Shown: positions 36,925 through 49,500 of the stretch, one piece after another
Numbering within the stretch: the first letter of the stretch is position 1
How the letters are laid out: every line of letters starts with the position of its first letter
Assembly: GCA_965223845.1 (NCBI GenBank)
Contig: CBDCXR010000004.1
Location: forward strand, 4,288,001-4,352,000
Length of the DNA: 64,000 nucleotides
From: Planctomycetota bacterium
Lineage (GTDB): Bacteria > Planctomycetota > UBA8108 > SXIK01
Direction: 5' to 3'
Notes under the pieces: generated by a model
Databases searched by the model: none
What the model saw: only the letters and a program-made list of their open reading frames with translations
What the model was told of the DNA's origin: nothing
Translations under genes and position numbers: made by a program

Positions 36925-39900
36925 CTATCCGCGCGGTGCCAACGCGGCTGCCTCCGCGTCTTTTCTCGCGAGGAGAGCGCGCAGCGATCGTAGCGTCTCC
37001 TCGTGGTCTCTCGATTGCGCGAGATTCCTGTCTTCCCGCTGATCGCGCATCAAGTCGTAGAGCTCCTCGCCGACGGGCCACTTCGTGTAGCGCCAGCGGT
37101 CCGTCCGGATTGCCTTCCCGAGCTCCTGCCCACGCGCGACGACCGTGTACGCGAGTTCTTTTCCTCCGGTGGCCGGATCGTCGAGCATCGGAACGAGACT
37201 TCGGCCCTGGAGATGCTTCGGCGCCTCGAGCTCGCAGAGCTCGGTCAGAGTCGGAAACAAATCGACGAGCTCGACGAGACCGTCCGAGCGCGATCCCGGA
37301 GTCGTTCGATCCGGAACTCGGATGACGAGCGGAACTCGATCGCACTTCTCGAACAGCATGACCTTTCCCCACATGAACTTCTCGCCGAGCATGTAGCCGT
37401 GATCCGATGTGAGAATGACGATCGTGTCATCCCAGTGGCCACTCCGCTCGAGCGCGTCGAAGACGATGCCGATCTGCGCGTCGATAAAGGAGATGCACGC
37501 GTGGTAGGCCTGGATGTACTCGCGTCGCAGCCGGTCGTTCTCGACTCCGAACTCGAATCCGAAGCCCGTGTAGCGCTTGGTTCGAGCTAGCTTCGGGACG
37601 CCGTCCCAGAATTCGATCGAAGCCGGTTCGAACTCGATATCGGCGAGCGGGTACATCTCGAAGTACTTGTCCGGCGCAAGAAACGGGACGTGAGGCTTCT
37701 GGATGCCGCAGGCCATGAAGAACGGCTTGTCCCCGTGAGCTTTGTCCTCGAGCCACTTCGCGATCTGACGGGCGTTCTTTCCGTCTTTGTGCTGCCAGTC
37801 GAAAAGTCCGGACGGTCCGTACCCGGGCTGCTGACCTCGCGTTTGCTTCGCGATCGTCGGATAGAACTCGCGCCATTTGCGGCGGGCCTTACCGCGAGCG
37901 ACGGATCCGTGCTCGGCTTCGAATCGTTCGCGAATGGGCACAACGAACGGCATCTCATCGTTCTCGAATCGCTCCATGCGATGCCAAGCGGTTTCGCCGG
38001 GATCGTTTTTGACGTTGTGAAACACCTTTCCGACCGCACCCGTCCAGTACCCGGCCTCCTTGAATCGCTGAGGCATGGAAACCGAGCCGGGACGGGTGTC
38101 GCGGATGTCGGATCGATTGTCGAGAACTCTCGTCGACTGCGGGTAGAGTCCGTGAAGAAACGACGCCCGAGACGGACCGCACACCGGGTACTGACAGTAC
38201 GCGCGGCGAAACGTCATTCCTTGGGCGGCCAGTCGATCGAAGGACGGCGTCTCGATGTGGGGGTAGCCGGACGTCGAAACGTGAGTGTTCAGGTCATCGC
38301 AAACGATCAGGAGCACGTTCGGCCGCGATTTGGTCGTCGGAGCGGGACTGCGCGACGTCCGTCCGCGGGGAGTCTCGGCATCTCGAAGCGGTGCCTCGGA
38401 GTTCTCTTTCGACGGCGCGCTCTGACCGTTCGGCGCTCCCGAGTTCGCCGGAGTCTCCGATCCTTCTTCGAGCGGCAACTTCGGGCCGGCGCTCCCGGTC
38501 CGGGGACGGCTGCGACCGTCGTCGACGATCTTCTTCAGCTCTGCCGCGAGTCGCGCGACGACATCCGGGCGATCCGAGTAGAGGTTTCTCGTCTCGCCGC
38601 GATCGTCCGCGAGCTTGTAGAGCTGTCCTTCCGGCGTGCCCGGCGTTGCGTCGACGCGCTTCGGCTTCGAGAAGCCGCCGGAGCCGAGCCCCGTGATGAG
38701 TTTCCAATCGCCGGAACGAATCGTCATCATCGACGGCGCGCTTCCTGCTTGCATCACGAATCGCGTGCGAACGGCTGTCGCTTTTGGCGCCTCTCCCGTG
38801 AGCGCGGGAAGAAAGCTGAAGCTGTCGGGCCCCGCATCGTCCGGCAGAGGAACTCCGAAGATCTCGGCGAACGTCGCCAATAGATCCGTGAAGCAGACGA
38901 GCTGAGTGCTCACGGTGCTCGCTTTCACTCGTCCGGGCCAACGCACGACGAAGGGCATACGATGCCCCGCCTCCCATGCGTCGGCCTTCATCCCGCGCAG
39001 GCCGCCGGACGAATCGTGTCCGAATCGCTCGGTGTCGGTTTCGTACCAAACCGGTCCGTTGTCGGAGGAAAAGACGACGAGCGTGTTCTTCTCCATGTCG
39101 GCCGTTCGCAGCGCCGACAGTACGCGGCCGATCTCGGCGTCGACCATCATGAGAAAATCGCCGTACATTCCGGCGCCGCTCTTCCCGCTGAATTCCTCGG
39201 TTGGGAGCCACGGAGTATGAGGGGCGGGGTACGCGAGGTAGAGCAGGAGCGGGCGCGCGTCCGCGCCCCGTTCGGCGTGTCGCTCGATCACTCCGATGGC
39301 TTCGTTGGTGAAGCGCGGCAAGACGTCGGCGAGCTTCAGATCGGGTGCGATGCCGCCCGCTCGCCAGAACGCTCCCTGAATCGGTGACCAACCTTCGCTC
39401 CGATTGGCCTCGATGCGGAGCGATGGCGGCTCGACCGCGCGATCGCCTCGAATGTAGAAGTACGGCGGAATGTCCGTCGAAGCGCGGATCCCGAAGAAAC
39501 TCTCGAATCCGCGGTCGACTGGGCCTCCCGAGAGCGGCTTGTCGTAACCGCGCTCCTCGAAGCCGAGATGCCACTTCCCGACCATCGCGGTACGGTACCC
39601 ATTCGCTTTCGCGAGCGATGCGATCGTCGTCTGGTCGGGTTCGATGACCGGGCGGCGGCGCCAAGAACCCACTCTCGTTCGAAACGGATACCGCCCCGTG
39701 AGGAGACCGTAGCGCGAGACGTGGCACAGCGGGCCGGACGCGTGCGCGTCCGTGAACCGCATTCCTTCGAAGGCGAGCTTGTCGATCTCGGGCGTCGGGA
39801 TCTTCGACTCGGGATTGAAGCACCCGGGATCACCGTAGCCCATGTCGTCGACGAGGATGACGACGATGTGTGGTTTCGCGCTTTGGGCCGCAGCCGCGGG

Positions 39901-39960
39901 CGATTCCGCAGCGATGAGAAGCAGCGTCGGGATCCACACGCAGAATAGATATCGACTCAC
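36925..39960 (-). CDS. Two-domain sulfatase (arylsulfatase-like fused to iduronate/choline-sulfatase-like)
   Basis: Domain 1: [30 protein letters not shown]. Domain 2: [39 protein letters not shown] Pro/Ser/Glu-rich linker joins them. Confidence 0.93.
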   Translation of the reverse strand: MSRYLFCVWIPTLLLIAAESPAAAAQSAKPHIVVILVDDMGYGDPGCFNPESKIPTPEIDKLAFEGMRFTDAHASGPLCHVSRYGLLTGRYPFRTRVGSWRRRPVIEPDQTTIASLAKANGYRTAMVGKWHLGFEERGYDKPLSGGPVDRGFESFFGIRASTDIPPYFYIRGDRAVEPPSLRIEANRSEGWSPIQGAFWRAGGIAPDLKLADVLPRFTNEAIGVIERHAERGADARPLLLYLAYPAPHTPWLPTEEFSGKSGAGMYGDFLMMVDAEIGRVLSALRTADMEKNTLVVFSSDNGPVWYETDTERFGHDSSGGLRGMKADAWEAGHRMPFVVRWPGRVKASTVSTQLVCFTDLLATFAEIFGVPLPDDAGPDSFSFLPALTGEAPKATAVRTRFVMQAGSAPSMMTIRSGDWKLITGLGSGGFSKPKRVDATPGTPEGQLYKLADDRGETRNLYSDRPDVVARLAAELKKIVDDGRSRPRTGSAGPKLPLEEGSETPANSGAPNGQSAPSKENSEAPLRDAETPRGRTSRSPAPTTKSRPNVLLIVCDDLNTHVSTSGYPHIETPSFDRLAAQGMTFRRAYCQYPVCGPSRASFLHGLYPQSTRVLDNRSDIRDTRPGSVSMPQRFKEAGYWTGAVGKVFHNVKNDPGETAWHRMERFENDEMPFVVPIRERFEAEHGSVARGKARRKWREFYPTIAKQTRGQQPGYGPSGLFDWQHKDGKNARQIAKWLEDKAHGDKPFFMACGIQKPHVPFLAPDKYFEMYPLADIEFEPASIEFWDGVPKLARTKRYTGFGFEFGVENDRLRREYIQAYHACISFIDAQIGIVFDALERSGHWDDTIVILTSDHGYMLGEKFMWGKVMLFEKCDRVPLVIRVPDRTTPGSRSDGLVELVDLFPTLTELCELEAPKHLQGRSLVPMLDDPATGGKELAYTVVARGQELGKAIRTDRWRYTKWPVGEELYDLMRDQREDRNLAQSRDHEETLRSLRALLARKDAEAAALAPRG

Positions 39961-41513
39961 AAATCCTTCCTCGCTCGCTTCTCTCTAGCGGGCCTTCTCT
40001 TGAGCTCCCAGTGAAACGCCTCCCCGTCCGTCACCAGCCGGAGCCGGTTCTTCGGAGTCCCGGGCGGCGCGAACGATTTTGGTGCGCTGGCGCGCAGCTT
40101 CTTCTTCACCGCGGCGAACGCATCGTCCGCGGCGAGGTTCGTCCACTCGTGCGGGTCGCGCTGGACGTCGTAGAGTTCTTCCGTCTCGTCCGAGTAGCGA
40201 ATGTAGCGCCAGCGCTGGTTGATGATCGCGTAGCCCCCTGGGTCGAGATAAGGGAGGAACACGTCCCGGTCGACGGTCTTGGTCGGATCCCGCAGCGCGG
40301 TCGCTAGCGATACCCCTTCGAGACCAGAAACCGGCGGTAGACCACACCGCTCGACGAACGTCGGGTACATGTCGATCAGACTCACGGTGCTCTCGACCGT
40401 CGCCCCGGATGAGATTCCCGGACCCGACCAAATGAACGGAACGTTCGAGGTCCGCTCCCAAAGCGTGTGCTTTCCCCAGTCGCCCTTTTCGCCGTGATGA
40501 TAGCCGTGATCGCTCCACAGAACGACGATCGTATTGTCGGCATAACGACTGTCGCGAAGGGCCGCCAGTACCCTGCCGAGCATCGCGTCCGCGTAGGAAA
40601 CGCACGCGAGATATCCGTGAATCGCCTTCTCGACGGCTCCGAGCGCGACGAGGCGAGCATGGTGGCGACGCTTCCGATTCGTCTTGTTGCGCCTTACTTT
40701 CGGTGGAAGATCGTCGAGATCGTCGTCCTTGTAAGCCGGCGCCTCGATCTTCGCTGCATCGTAGAGGTCAAAGTACTTCTGAGGCGCGTAGTTCGGGAAG
40801 TGCGGAGCATAGAGGCCGACGGCGAGAAAGAACGGCTTCTGGTGATCTCGCGCTAGAATCTCGCAGGCCCAATGGACTCGCCTCGAGTCCGCCATTTCGG
40901 GTTCGCGTTCGTTCGGGATCGGGCCCCATTCGAGGAATAGACCTCCCGTGACTTCTCGCCCGCGGTTGTAAACGCTGTTCGGAAAGGGCTTGGGAAACGG
41001 TGCATCCGCACCCCACGAATCGAGCGGCCAACCCTCGCGCTTGGCGGCCGCGTTGCGGAGGTAGAACTCGTCCCAACCACGCCGATCGAGGTATCCGGCC
41101 GGGTGATGAAACAGCTTGCCCGCTCCGAACGTGGCGTATCCTCCTTCGCGGAAACTGGCCTGGAGCGGGCGCAGATCCGGACGTTCGTGAAAGTACACCT
41201 GCGTCGTGTAGCAGCCCGTGCTCGAAGCAAACCGACCCGTGAAGATCGCGCTTCGAGACGGCGCGCAAAACGTCCCCGCCGAGTGGGCGTTGGTGAAGAC
41301 GACTCCTCGACTCGCCAGCGCATCCATGTTCGGGGTGATCGCCTGTTTGTAGCCCATCGCACCGACCCAATCGCACAGGTCGTCGACCGCGAAGAGGATC
41401 ACGTTGGGACGCTCGCCTCCTCGCACGGGGGACGCTAGCCCGAGAAGGGAGATCGCGATCAGCGGAAGGCGCCGGCACCACCGGGCCCGCAAGACAGTGA
41501 GTTTTCCATTCAT
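39957..41513 (-). CDS. Sulfatase (iduronate-2-/choline-sulfatase-like)
   Basis: [28 protein letters not shown] and [11 protein letters not shown]. 4-nt overlap with the downstream double sulfatase. Confidence 0.93.
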   Translation of the reverse strand: MNGKLTVLRARWCRRLPLIAISLLGLASPVRGGERPNVILFAVDDLCDWVGAMGYKQAITPNMDALASRGVVFTNAHSAGTFCAPSRSAIFTGRFASSTGCYTTQVYFHERPDLRPLQASFREGGYATFGAGKLFHHPAGYLDRRGWDEFYLRNAAAKREGWPLDSWGADAPFPKPFPNSVYNRGREVTGGLFLEWGPIPNEREPEMADSRRVHWACEILARDHQKPFFLAVGLYAPHFPNYAPQKYFDLYDAAKIEAPAYKDDDLDDLPPKVRRNKTNRKRRHHARLVALGAVEKAIHGYLACVSYADAMLGRVLAALRDSRYADNTIVVLWSDHGYHHGEKGDWGKHTLWERTSNVPFIWSGPGISSGATVESTVSLIDMYPTFVERCGLPPVSGLEGVSLATALRDPTKTVDRDVFLPYLDPGGYAIINQRWRYIRYSDETEELYDVQRDPHEWTNLAADDAFAAVKKKLRASAPKSFAPPGTPKNRLRLVTDGEAFHWELKRRPAREKRARKDL

Positions 41514-41602
41514 GTCGAATCGTTCTGCCGATCGTACCTCGAGGGAGTTGGACGGCAGTCTCGCCCGCAGAGACTTCGGCGGCATTCGGACTAGGATCCC
41601 GT

Positions 41603-43306
41603 TCAGCGGACGCTGGCTACGCCTGCCCGTACGACTTCACGGCGGTCGGCCGAAAGCTCCCAGCGAAGGTCTTTCGTGAAAAAGTCGTAGAGATCCTTCT
41701 TCGCCGCGAGCGAACAAGCTTCGTAGAAATTATCCCGTGCGCCCTGCCGGTCAGCACGCGAAGCCAGCGACTTCCGCTTCGGGATCTCCGCGTAGAGCCG
41801 GCGGATGAACTCGATCCCACCGTGCTCGCGATGGAGGTGGATCAGGAGGCCGGTCATCAGATCGTTGACGCTCGTCCGTTCCTTCCAGGGGACGAGCGGC
41901 ACGTTCCAAGAGTTCTCCCAGTTGTATTTCTCGGGGTGAGCGAGATACGCCTTGAGGTTCGCTTCCATTCCGTCTGCGAAATCCTTGCCGCCGGATCCGA
42001 AGTAGTACATGTCGTCGATCCCTTCGATCTCAGGCGGCAGAAAGATCGACATCGCATTGTTGAATCCGACCGTCCACCACCCGTAGTCGCGCGGCCCCTT
42101 CGAAGTGTGGTAATCGATCGCCGGATTCATATCGGGCATCCAGTAGTTGCGTGCGATCTCGTAGAAGAAGACTTGGTCGACGGTCTTCACCCCCTTCTCG
42201 AACCGATCGTAGAGGCCTTCGAAGAAACCATCGCCGATCCCCACGCCGAGCCTCCCATGGTGAGCGAGTCCGCCGCCGACGGCCTTCGACACCTCGATGC
42301 GCGCCCGACCGTTCAGCGGTGCGGTCAGCTTCGGCGTCCGCCCCGAGACGCGCTCGAAGGCATCGAAGATCGAGTCGAGAGCCCGCAGAATCCGTCCCAT
42401 CGTCTCAGGCTTTCGCGCGCCGGCGGACGAATCCTCGTCGAGGACGAGAGCCGTTCGACGACCGTACCAGATGACGGCCTTCCCGCTTCCGGCGATGTAG
42501 CGCCGGTAGTTTTCGACGACTTCGCACTCCGGTTGGCTCGCTTCGCTCTCCGCCCCGGATCGCTCGGAGCCGTTCTCGCGACGAGAGAGGTCGAGCTCCT
42601 CGATCCAGATGTCGCGGAAACGAACCGGGTTGTTGTGACCCTGCAGCTTCACCGGTCTCGGATCGGGACCTTCCTTTCGGCCCGCTCCCGTCTTTCGTGG
42701 AATCGAGAAGTCATCGTGGATCAACTCGCCGTTGTGATAGACGGTGATGCGTGCGTTCTCCGTCTTCTTGTCGCCGTCGAAACGCGCCGCACGAAAAACG
42801 ATGTCGTAGGTCTGCCACTCGCCAGGCTTCTTGCCGACGATGCGATCCGGTTTCTTGAGCCGGTAGAGGCTTCCGCAGTAGCTCGCCTTGTAGTCATCGG
42901 GAGCGATGCCGTAGGAGTTCAAGATCTGCACCTCGTAGCGCTGCTGGATGTAGACGCCCGAGTTGCCGTTCTTCTCCGGGTCGGTGGTCTCGACCTCGTT
43001 CACGTTGAACTCGACGTGCAGACGAAAATCTCGGTACGCCTTCTTCGTCACGAGACTGTCCCAGGCCTTCGGCGCGGTGAGCACGCCGTCCTCGAAGACC
43101 CAATTGCTCTTCTTTCCCTTCTCGGGAACGAGCTGGTGACCCTTCGGGCCTACAAGCTGAACGGCACCAGCCGGACGCTTGTTCGACTTGATGTCGATGA
43201 TTCCTCTCGTACTGCCGGTGCTAGCTGCGTCGCTCGCCACGGCGAAAACGCAGGGGCAAACCAAGCTCAAGATGAACGATAGTTGTCGAAGCGGAGTGGT
43301 CGCCAT
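41603..43306 (-). CDS. DUF1080 (3-keto-glycoside hydrolase-like) domain fused to a zincin-like C-terminal domain
   Basis: [31 protein letters not shown] and [15 protein letters not shown] (DUF1080). C-terminal [16 protein letters not shown]. Signal peptide from ATG 43306. Confidence 0.85.
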   Translation of the reverse strand: MATTPLRQLSFILSLVCPCVFAVASDAASTGSTRGIIDIKSNKRPAGAVQLVGPKGHQLVPEKGKKSNWVFEDGVLTAPKAWDSLVTKKAYRDFRLHVEFNVNEVETTDPEKNGNSGVYIQQRYEVQILNSYGIAPDDYKASYCGSLYRLKKPDRIVGKKPGEWQTYDIVFRAARFDGDKKTENARITVYHNGELIHDDFSIPRKTGAGRKEGPDPRPVKLQGHNNPVRFRDIWIEELDLSRRENGSERSGAESEASQPECEVVENYRRYIAGSGKAVIWYGRRTALVLDEDSSAGARKPETMGRILRALDSIFDAFERVSGRTPKLTAPLNGRARIEVSKAVGGGLAHHGRLGVGIGDGFFEGLYDRFEKGVKTVDQVFFYEIARNYWMPDMNPAIDYHTSKGPRDYGWWTVGFNNAMSIFLPPEIEGIDDMYYFGSGGKDFADGMEANLKAYLAHPEKYNWENSWNVPLVPWKERTSVNDLMTGLLIHLHREHGGIEFIRRLYAEIPKRKSLASRADRQGARDNFYEACSLAAKKDLYDFFTKDLRWELSADRREVVRAGVASVR

Positions 43307-43352
43307 GGTCAGAATCGCATTCGTTGTGCAGGTGGTTCGTCTCTCGCGGCAA

Positions 43353-43600
43353 TCACCGCGAGCTCGGTACGGGTAGAGCCGTCGTTCGCCACAGATGGAC
43401 CGAGCGATCGAAGCTCGCTGATGCCATCGTGTTTCCGTCGGGAGAAAACTCGAGCGCGTTGACATCGGCGAAATGTTCCCTCGGAGAATTCAGCCGGGTC
43501 GTTCGCGCCGCACTTTCCTCGAAGATTGTAAGCGCTATCTGATCGCCGGGGAAATCGACGACGGTTGTCTGGAGATTCTGAACCCCAATCGAGGTGCCGC
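43353..43600 (-). pseudogene. WD40-repeat gene remnant (3' end only; left boundary of the relic approximate)
   Basis: HFADVNALEFSPDGNTMASASFDRSVHLW at 43389-43475 is a textbook WD40 repeat. No room exists for a full propeller. Confidence 0.65.
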
Positions 43601-43688
43601 CGAACCATTCTCCGCCCCGGATCGGATCGTCTCGGCGATAGGATAGTGAGGGGAGGGGGAAACTCTCGGTACGGGAAGAGGAGGCGGA

Positions 43689-44945
43689 ATGCAAACGAGA
43701 ATCAGCCGGACCGTTCTCCTCGCGTGGCTCGGAGTGTCCCTTAGCCCGGCGCCTCCGATTTCAGCCGAGGAGCCGTTCGCTGCTCTTCCGATCGAGGAGT
43801 CCGTCAAGAAGCCAAGGACGCCCCCGAAGGCCCGATCGGCCCGTGCCAAGCTCGGCTGGATTCGAGTGAGCCAAGACGGCGAAGGCTTCGTCGTCGGCGA
43901 GTCGAGTGAGCCGTTTCGAGCGTGGGGAGTCAACTACGACCACGACGGGCCGGGACGATTGCTCGAGGAGTATTGGGGCGAGGAGTGGCCGACGGTCGTT
44001 GAGGATCTCCGCGAGATCCGTGCGCTGGGCGCAAACGTCGTACGGATCCATCTCCAGGTCGCGAGCTTCATGAAGGGGCCGAGCGAAGTCGTGCCGTCGT
44101 CGCTCGATAGGCTAAGCAAGCTCGTTCGCCTCGCCGAGGAGCTCCACCTCTATTTGAATCTCACCGGCCTCGGCTGCTACCACGAACATCCTGCGTGGTA
44201 CCGGGAGCTCGGCGAGTCCGCGCGATGGGATGTGCAGGCGAGGTTTTGGGACGCGATCGCCGACGTCTCGAAGGACAGCCCCGCGATCTTTTGCTACGAC
44301 CTCATGAACGAGCCCATCCTCCCGGGCGCGGGAGAGCAGGAGACCGAGTGGCTCACCGGGGAGTTCGGCGGGAAGCACTTTGTCCAGCGCATCTCTCTCG
44401 ATCTCGGCGAGCGCTCACGAGAAAACGTCGCGAGAGCGTGGGTGAATCGGCTCACCGCCGCGATTCGAAAGCGCGATCGCCGCCACCTGATCACCGTCGG
44501 CGTCATCCCTTGGGTCCACGTGTTTCCAAAGTCGCACCCCATCTTCTACTCACCGCGCGTCTCCGAGGATCTCGATTTCGTCAGCGTTCACTTCTACCCG
44601 GAGAAAGGTAAGGTGGACGACGCGCTCACCGCGCTCCGCGCGTACGAGATCGGCAAACCGCTCGTCATCGAAGAGATGTTTCCGCTGCGATGCAGCTCCG
44701 GCGAGCTTCTACGATTCATCGACGGCTCTCGCTCGTTCACCGACGGCTGGTTCAGCTTCTACTGGGGAACCACGATCGCGGAGTATCGAGCGAAGGAGCA
44801 GCCGACCCTCGGGGACGCCATAACGCGGGAGTGGCTCGAGCACTTTCGCGAGAAGGGTCGATCCATCACCGACCCTGCGCGCGAAGCATCACACGACGAG
44901 CGCCGCGATTGTCGAACAGATCGCGCCCAGCCCGGCGGCCGCTAG
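43689..44945 (+). CDS. Glycoside hydrolase family 5-like (clan GH-A) protein
   Basis: GAGG upstream; signal peptide; WGVNY, GANVVRIH, YDLMNEP (acid/base), VSVHFYP and LVIEE (nucleophile). Confidence 0.82.
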   Translation: MQTRISRTVLLAWLGVSLSPAPPISAEEPFAALPIEESVKKPRTPPKARSARAKLGWIRVSQDGEGFVVGESSEPFRAWGVNYDHDGPGRLLEEYWGEEWPTVVEDLREIRALGANVVRIHLQVASFMKGPSEVVPSSLDRLSKLVRLAEELHLYLNLTGLGCYHEHPAWYRELGESARWDVQARFWDAIADVSKDSPAIFCYDLMNEPILPGAGEQETEWLTGEFGGKHFVQRISLDLGERSRENVARAWVNRLTAAIRKRDRRHLITVGVIPWVHVFPKSHPIFYSPRVSEDLDFVSVHFYPEKGKVDDALTALRAYEIGKPLVIEEMFPLRCSSGELLRFIDGSRSFTDGWFSFYWGTTIAEYRAKEQPTLGDAITREWLEHFREKGRSITDPAREASHDERRDCRTDRAQPGGR

Positions 44946-46505
44946 TGCGAGCGGAAGCTGTGTCCGAACGTGATCGAGGAGATCACAACCCGTGAACATG
45001 GCGGAGAGGATCGTCGTGTCGGAGATCGGAGAACACTGATCTCCGAACACCGCTCCCCCGAGCACCGCACCGAAGCAAACGCTCACGTACGTGAGGATGC
45101 TCGACCACTCGGCCGGATGCACTTCCGAGAGCGTTTCGACCGGGACGCCGCCGAGATCTCGCGCCCCGATCGCGACCGTGAGCGCGAGCGGGATCGCGAT
45201 CGGAAAGATCACGGCGTAGGTTCCGAACGAAGACCCGATCGAAAACGAGACCAGCATGCAGAGACCCGTGAGCACGGCCGGAAGCGACCACGCCGGGACG
45301 ACGCCGCCCGCGTTCTCGACGAGGAAGTCCGCGGCGCGAAGTTCCTTCGAAACGAATGAGAGCGTGACCGCCAGACCGAGGATCAGCGCTCCGAACGTCA
45401 TCGAGCGGCAGCCGTCGACGAATCCTTCGAGGACTTCACGGAGAGGCATCCCCTTGAAGCGCGCGAGCAGCATCGCGCTCAGGGTGCACGCCATGAACGC
45501 TTCGCTGATCCAGATCTCCTTCGAGAGAACATACGGTCCGATCGCCACCCCGAGAAGGATTCCGAGCGGCACGAAAAAGTCTTCGAGGCCCGTTCGGTAC
45601 GACTCGGAGCGTTTCTGAGCCGACTCCGCGAGGAGAAGCGGCTCGGCCGTGGGTGAATCGAGCGCGCCGGTGGCTCGGCTGCGCTCGCGCGCCGCGCGCA
45701 TCCGTCGCCCCGTCCATGGCAGCGCGCCGAGGCTGAAGAGCAGAGTCGAGCCGACGGCGAAGAGAGCGTAGAAGTTGAAGCGGATCGCGCCCCAGAACCA
45801 TGCGATTCCGTCGCTCTCCGTTTCGATGAGCACGAATCCTCCAACCGAGACGCCGGCGACGAGCCCCCCGATGTAGATCGGCCACGCGTTGAACGGAAGG
45901 ATCGTCGCGACGGGAGATGCCGTCGAGTCGACGATGTACGAGAGCTCCTCGTGGCTCACGCGGTGGCGATCGCTCACCGGCCGGACGGTCGTACCGGCGA
46001 GAACCGTGCTCACGGTTCCGCCTTGGTGAAAGACACAGCCTATGATCCACGCGAAGACCGATGCGCCGCGGGGACCGCGCGCGAGCCGCACGCCCACACG
46101 CTCGGCGAAATAGCGTGCGCCGCCCGTCCGCTCCCAGACACCGAGGATCCCGCCGAGAAACCAGAGATAGACGAGGAGGATCTTTGCGTACGTCTCCGAT
46201 CCGAGCGCCGGCAGCAAGAAGCGCTGGAGGACGTTGAGATCACTCGGTTCGCCGGTGTGAAGGGCGAGAACAACCGCGCCGCTCGCGACGCCGAGCGCGA
46301 GTGCGACGAGAACCTGCCTCGTCCAAAACGCGACGATGAGCGTGAGCGCCGCCGGGAGTAGCGACCACGCGCCGAACTCCGGTCCGCCGAGCGACTCGGC
46401 GGCTCCGCTCTCGCCCTGCGCGTCCGCGATACTCGTCGCGGCCATCGCGAGCAGAGCGACGATGCCGATACCGAGCCCCCACGAACCGAACCGCCGGTGT
46501 CTCAT
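44889..46505 (-). CDS. Na+/H+ antiporter NhaC family protein
   Basis: Many TM helices; LSYIVDSTASP, GSSFGTYA and GAVFGDQCSPISDTTILS motifs. Confidence 0.9.
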   Translation of the reverse strand: MRHRRFGSWGLGIGIVALLAMAATSIADAQGESGAAESLGGPEFGAWSLLPAALTLIVAFWTRQVLVALALGVASGAVVLALHTGEPSDLNVLQRFLLPALGSETYAKILLVYLWFLGGILGVWERTGGARYFAERVGVRLARGPRGASVFAWIIGCVFHQGGTVSTVLAGTTVRPVSDRHRVSHEELSYIVDSTASPVATILPFNAWPIYIGGLVAGVSVGGFVLIETESDGIAWFWGAIRFNFYALFAVGSTLLFSLGALPWTGRRMRAARERSRATGALDSPTAEPLLLAESAQKRSESYRTGLEDFFVPLGILLGVAIGPYVLSKEIWISEAFMACTLSAMLLARFKGMPLREVLEGFVDGCRSMTFGALILGLAVTLSFVSKELRAADFLVENAGGVVPAWSLPAVLTGLCMLVSFSIGSSFGTYAVIFPIAIPLALTVAIGARDLGGVPVETLSEVHPAEWSSILTYVSVCFGAVLGGAVFGDQCSPISDTTILSAMFTGCDLLDHVRTQLPLALAAAGLGAICSTIAALVV

Positions 46506-46590
46506 TCACTTCCCTCGTCGTCGTGAACGCACCCCGTCCACGACACAGGCTCAAGTCGGTCGGTGAGCTTCGTCTCGCCGAGACGCCGAC

Positions 46591-49500
46591 TCAACGCACG
46601 CAAGCATCCGGACAACCCTCGATCGGCACGCATTCGCGCCCGAGCGCCGGCGCGTCGCCTCGACGGAAAAGATACTGAACGAGCGCGAGCGCATCTGCGA
46701 CGTTCGCTCCTCCCGAGCCGTCGATGTCGAGGACGATCTGGTTTGCGGGTTCGCTCGCGTCCCCGGACCCACACGGCGCGGAGACGCCGTGGAACAGGAT
46801 CCGTAGGATCGCGATCGCGTCGGAGACGGAAAGAATCCCGTCTTGATCGATGTTCCCTGGACGCTGTAGCCCGCTCTCGACCTCGCCCTCCGCTCGTCCG
46901 GGAGAGCCGTGGCGCTGCGCGCTCTCGACCCAGCTCGCCGGATCGTTCCAGGTGGCGGGATCGAGCGATGGGTCGCGGATGACGAGCGATCGACCACCAC
47001 CGTCCGTCGACGCGATCCAGGTATCCGAATACACGAACTCGATCACCGTCGATGCCCGACCGAAACGAAGGAGAACGCTCTCTCCCCCGTTGCTGAGGCG
47101 CCCCGAGTACTCGCCCGCAATCGGAACGTCCGTGCCGTAACGCTTCTCGAAAACGGTACGGTTCCTTACGACCACCACGTACGCGCCCGCGTCGAGAGTC
47201 GGAATCTCACCGCCCGAGAACTCGAAATCGATTCCGTCGGCGAACTCGACGCCGGCGAGCTCGATGGCCGCACCGCTTATGTTCTGGAGCTCGATGAACT
47301 CGTAGTCTTCGTCGCCCTCGGGGTTGTACATCAGCTCGGTGATCCGGAGCGCCAGTTCGGGCGCCGAGGGCCCGGTCGGTTCGCCCGCGACGAACTCGAT
47401 CGGCGCCGACCAATGGCTGAACCGGCCGGTGGAGTCCTTCATTCGAGCGCGCACGCGATACGTGCGGCCGGGCTCGAGCTCCGTGCTCGGAATAGTGACG
47501 GGATTCAAGAGCGCCGCGCTCTCCGTCTGCCAAACCGCCGGAAACTCGTACGGACGGGGGCGTTCTCGATCGAGCGGCGTGTCCGGCGGCGAAACCTCGC
47601 CGATCCGCCAGTGGATGCCGCCGAACTCGTCCTCTTCGTTCGGATCGGAGAACTCACTCACCGAGAACGAGAGCTGATCGATGGGAAAGCCCTCCGGCGA
47701 CTGGGACGCGACTTCCGGCGTCGCGGGAATGTTGTCGCGGTCGCGTCCCGAGTTGGCGAGGTTCTCTAGATGACGCTCCCGCCCGCCGGCCGGCACCGTG
47801 GGTCCGCTCCCGCCGCTCCAGCCGACGAACGCGAAGCGCTTCATGTCGACGATCTTGCGCTCGATCGGGCCGAAATCTTGCCGTCCCGCCTGGGACGGTC
47901 CCGTCCGCCAGCGGTCTCGGTCGGCCGAGCTGAACTCGATGATGAACTCCGCGAGGTCGTCGATCATCGGCTCGATCACGTCTTTCTTCCAGACGAGATC
48001 GACGAAGTCCCGCAGGGCGTTTCGGTACTCGATGAGGAACGGCAGCTTCCCGCCGCGCGCGGTGATGGCGTTCAGCGTGTAGTCGATGCCGCTGTTCCAA
48101 TTGGGCCCCCAGCTCGCGTCGGAATCCCACGGCAAGGTCCAGAGCCGACCGAACTCGCTTCCCTCGTGCGGCTCGAAGTACCACGCTCGATTCTTCGAAT
48201 GCGAGTCCGCCGGGACGAAGTCGTAGTGGCGGATACCTTCGATCACCGCGTGATAGTAGTACGCGCGGTCGTAGTTGACGTGTTGGTGGAGCCACTCGTC
48301 GTCGCGCTCCGGCCGGAGACTGCGACGGATGTTCTGAAAGTCGGCGTCCGTCGTTACCGCGTTGCGTCCCTGGTTTCGGCGGAGATCGTTGCCATTGAAG
48401 ACGCCGTCCTTCAGCTTGTAGAGATTTCCGTCCTCGAGATCGTGCTCGTCGAGAAACTGCGGCGAGTAGTCTTCGATCCCACTGAAGAAACCCCAGAAAT
48501 CCCCCAGGTACTGACCGCTCCGTTCGGGGACTTCTTCGGCGTCGTCGATGACGCGCATGTGGTAGGTGTAGAACCACGGCGCCGGCACGCCCACCAAATT
48601 CCAGAGGTTCGCATTCATCGCCTCCGTGAGCCCGAAGTTGCCCACGTCCTTGTTGTCGAAGCCCTTCCCGGTGTTGAGGGTCCGCCACTTGGATTCGTAG
48701 CGCTGGCCGTACTGGTCTCGGGGGGCGAAGTAGTGCCCCTTGTTGAACCGAAAGCGCATCGAGCGCTTTCCCGACCCGCCGTACCGATCGTTCGCTTGGC
48801 GAAGTCGGTAACGAACGTGGTCGTAGACGACGCCATCGTAGACGAACGCGCACTCCCAGTTGAACTTGTCCCGTGCGCGCTCGTTACTCTTCGGGATCTG
48901 CGTCGATCCGCTGTACGAAACGCAGTGCGTCATCTCCTCTGCCCGCGTGATCACGTGGTGAACCGGAATCGCCGTCATCACTTCCGCGGGATAAACGTGC
49001 CCCGGGCCGTCCGGATGGACGCTCTGGTGATCGGCGACGTACTCCGGCACGCCGTTGTAGACGAAGCACGCGAAATTGAGCGAGGTGTCGTCCGGAAACG
49101 GAACGCGAACCGAGCTCCCGAGCGCGTCAGTGGCGCGAATCCGGTAGCGAACCAGCGTGCGATGGGACTGCGCCGGAATCTGCGCGCTGTACGTCGAATC
49201 GCCCGCGAGCTCGTCCCCTTCCCCGCCGTCGTCGAGCATCGTCACGGTCGTCCAGTTCTCCGGATCCTCGAACGCGGGGTTCGGTGGGTTCGGCTGGTCG
49301 CCGTTCGCCATCAGCTGCGCGTGCGGGAGCGGAAGAAACGCCGGGATGAACTCGCCGGGGAGCACGATCTGGTAGAGGAGCTCGACGGAACCGACGCCAT
49401 CGGAGTCCGTGACCTTTGCGCTGATCGAGATCGGCTCGTCCTCGGCCGGTTGCTGCGGCGAGTGATCCACCTGCCGAATCTGCGGCGGCGCCGTCTCCGC

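Noticed and set aside
44889-44945. 57-bp tail-to-tail overlap of the GH5-like and NhaC genes as a regulatory feature
   Set aside because: The GH5 tail is low-information run-on, which is common in high-GC genomes.
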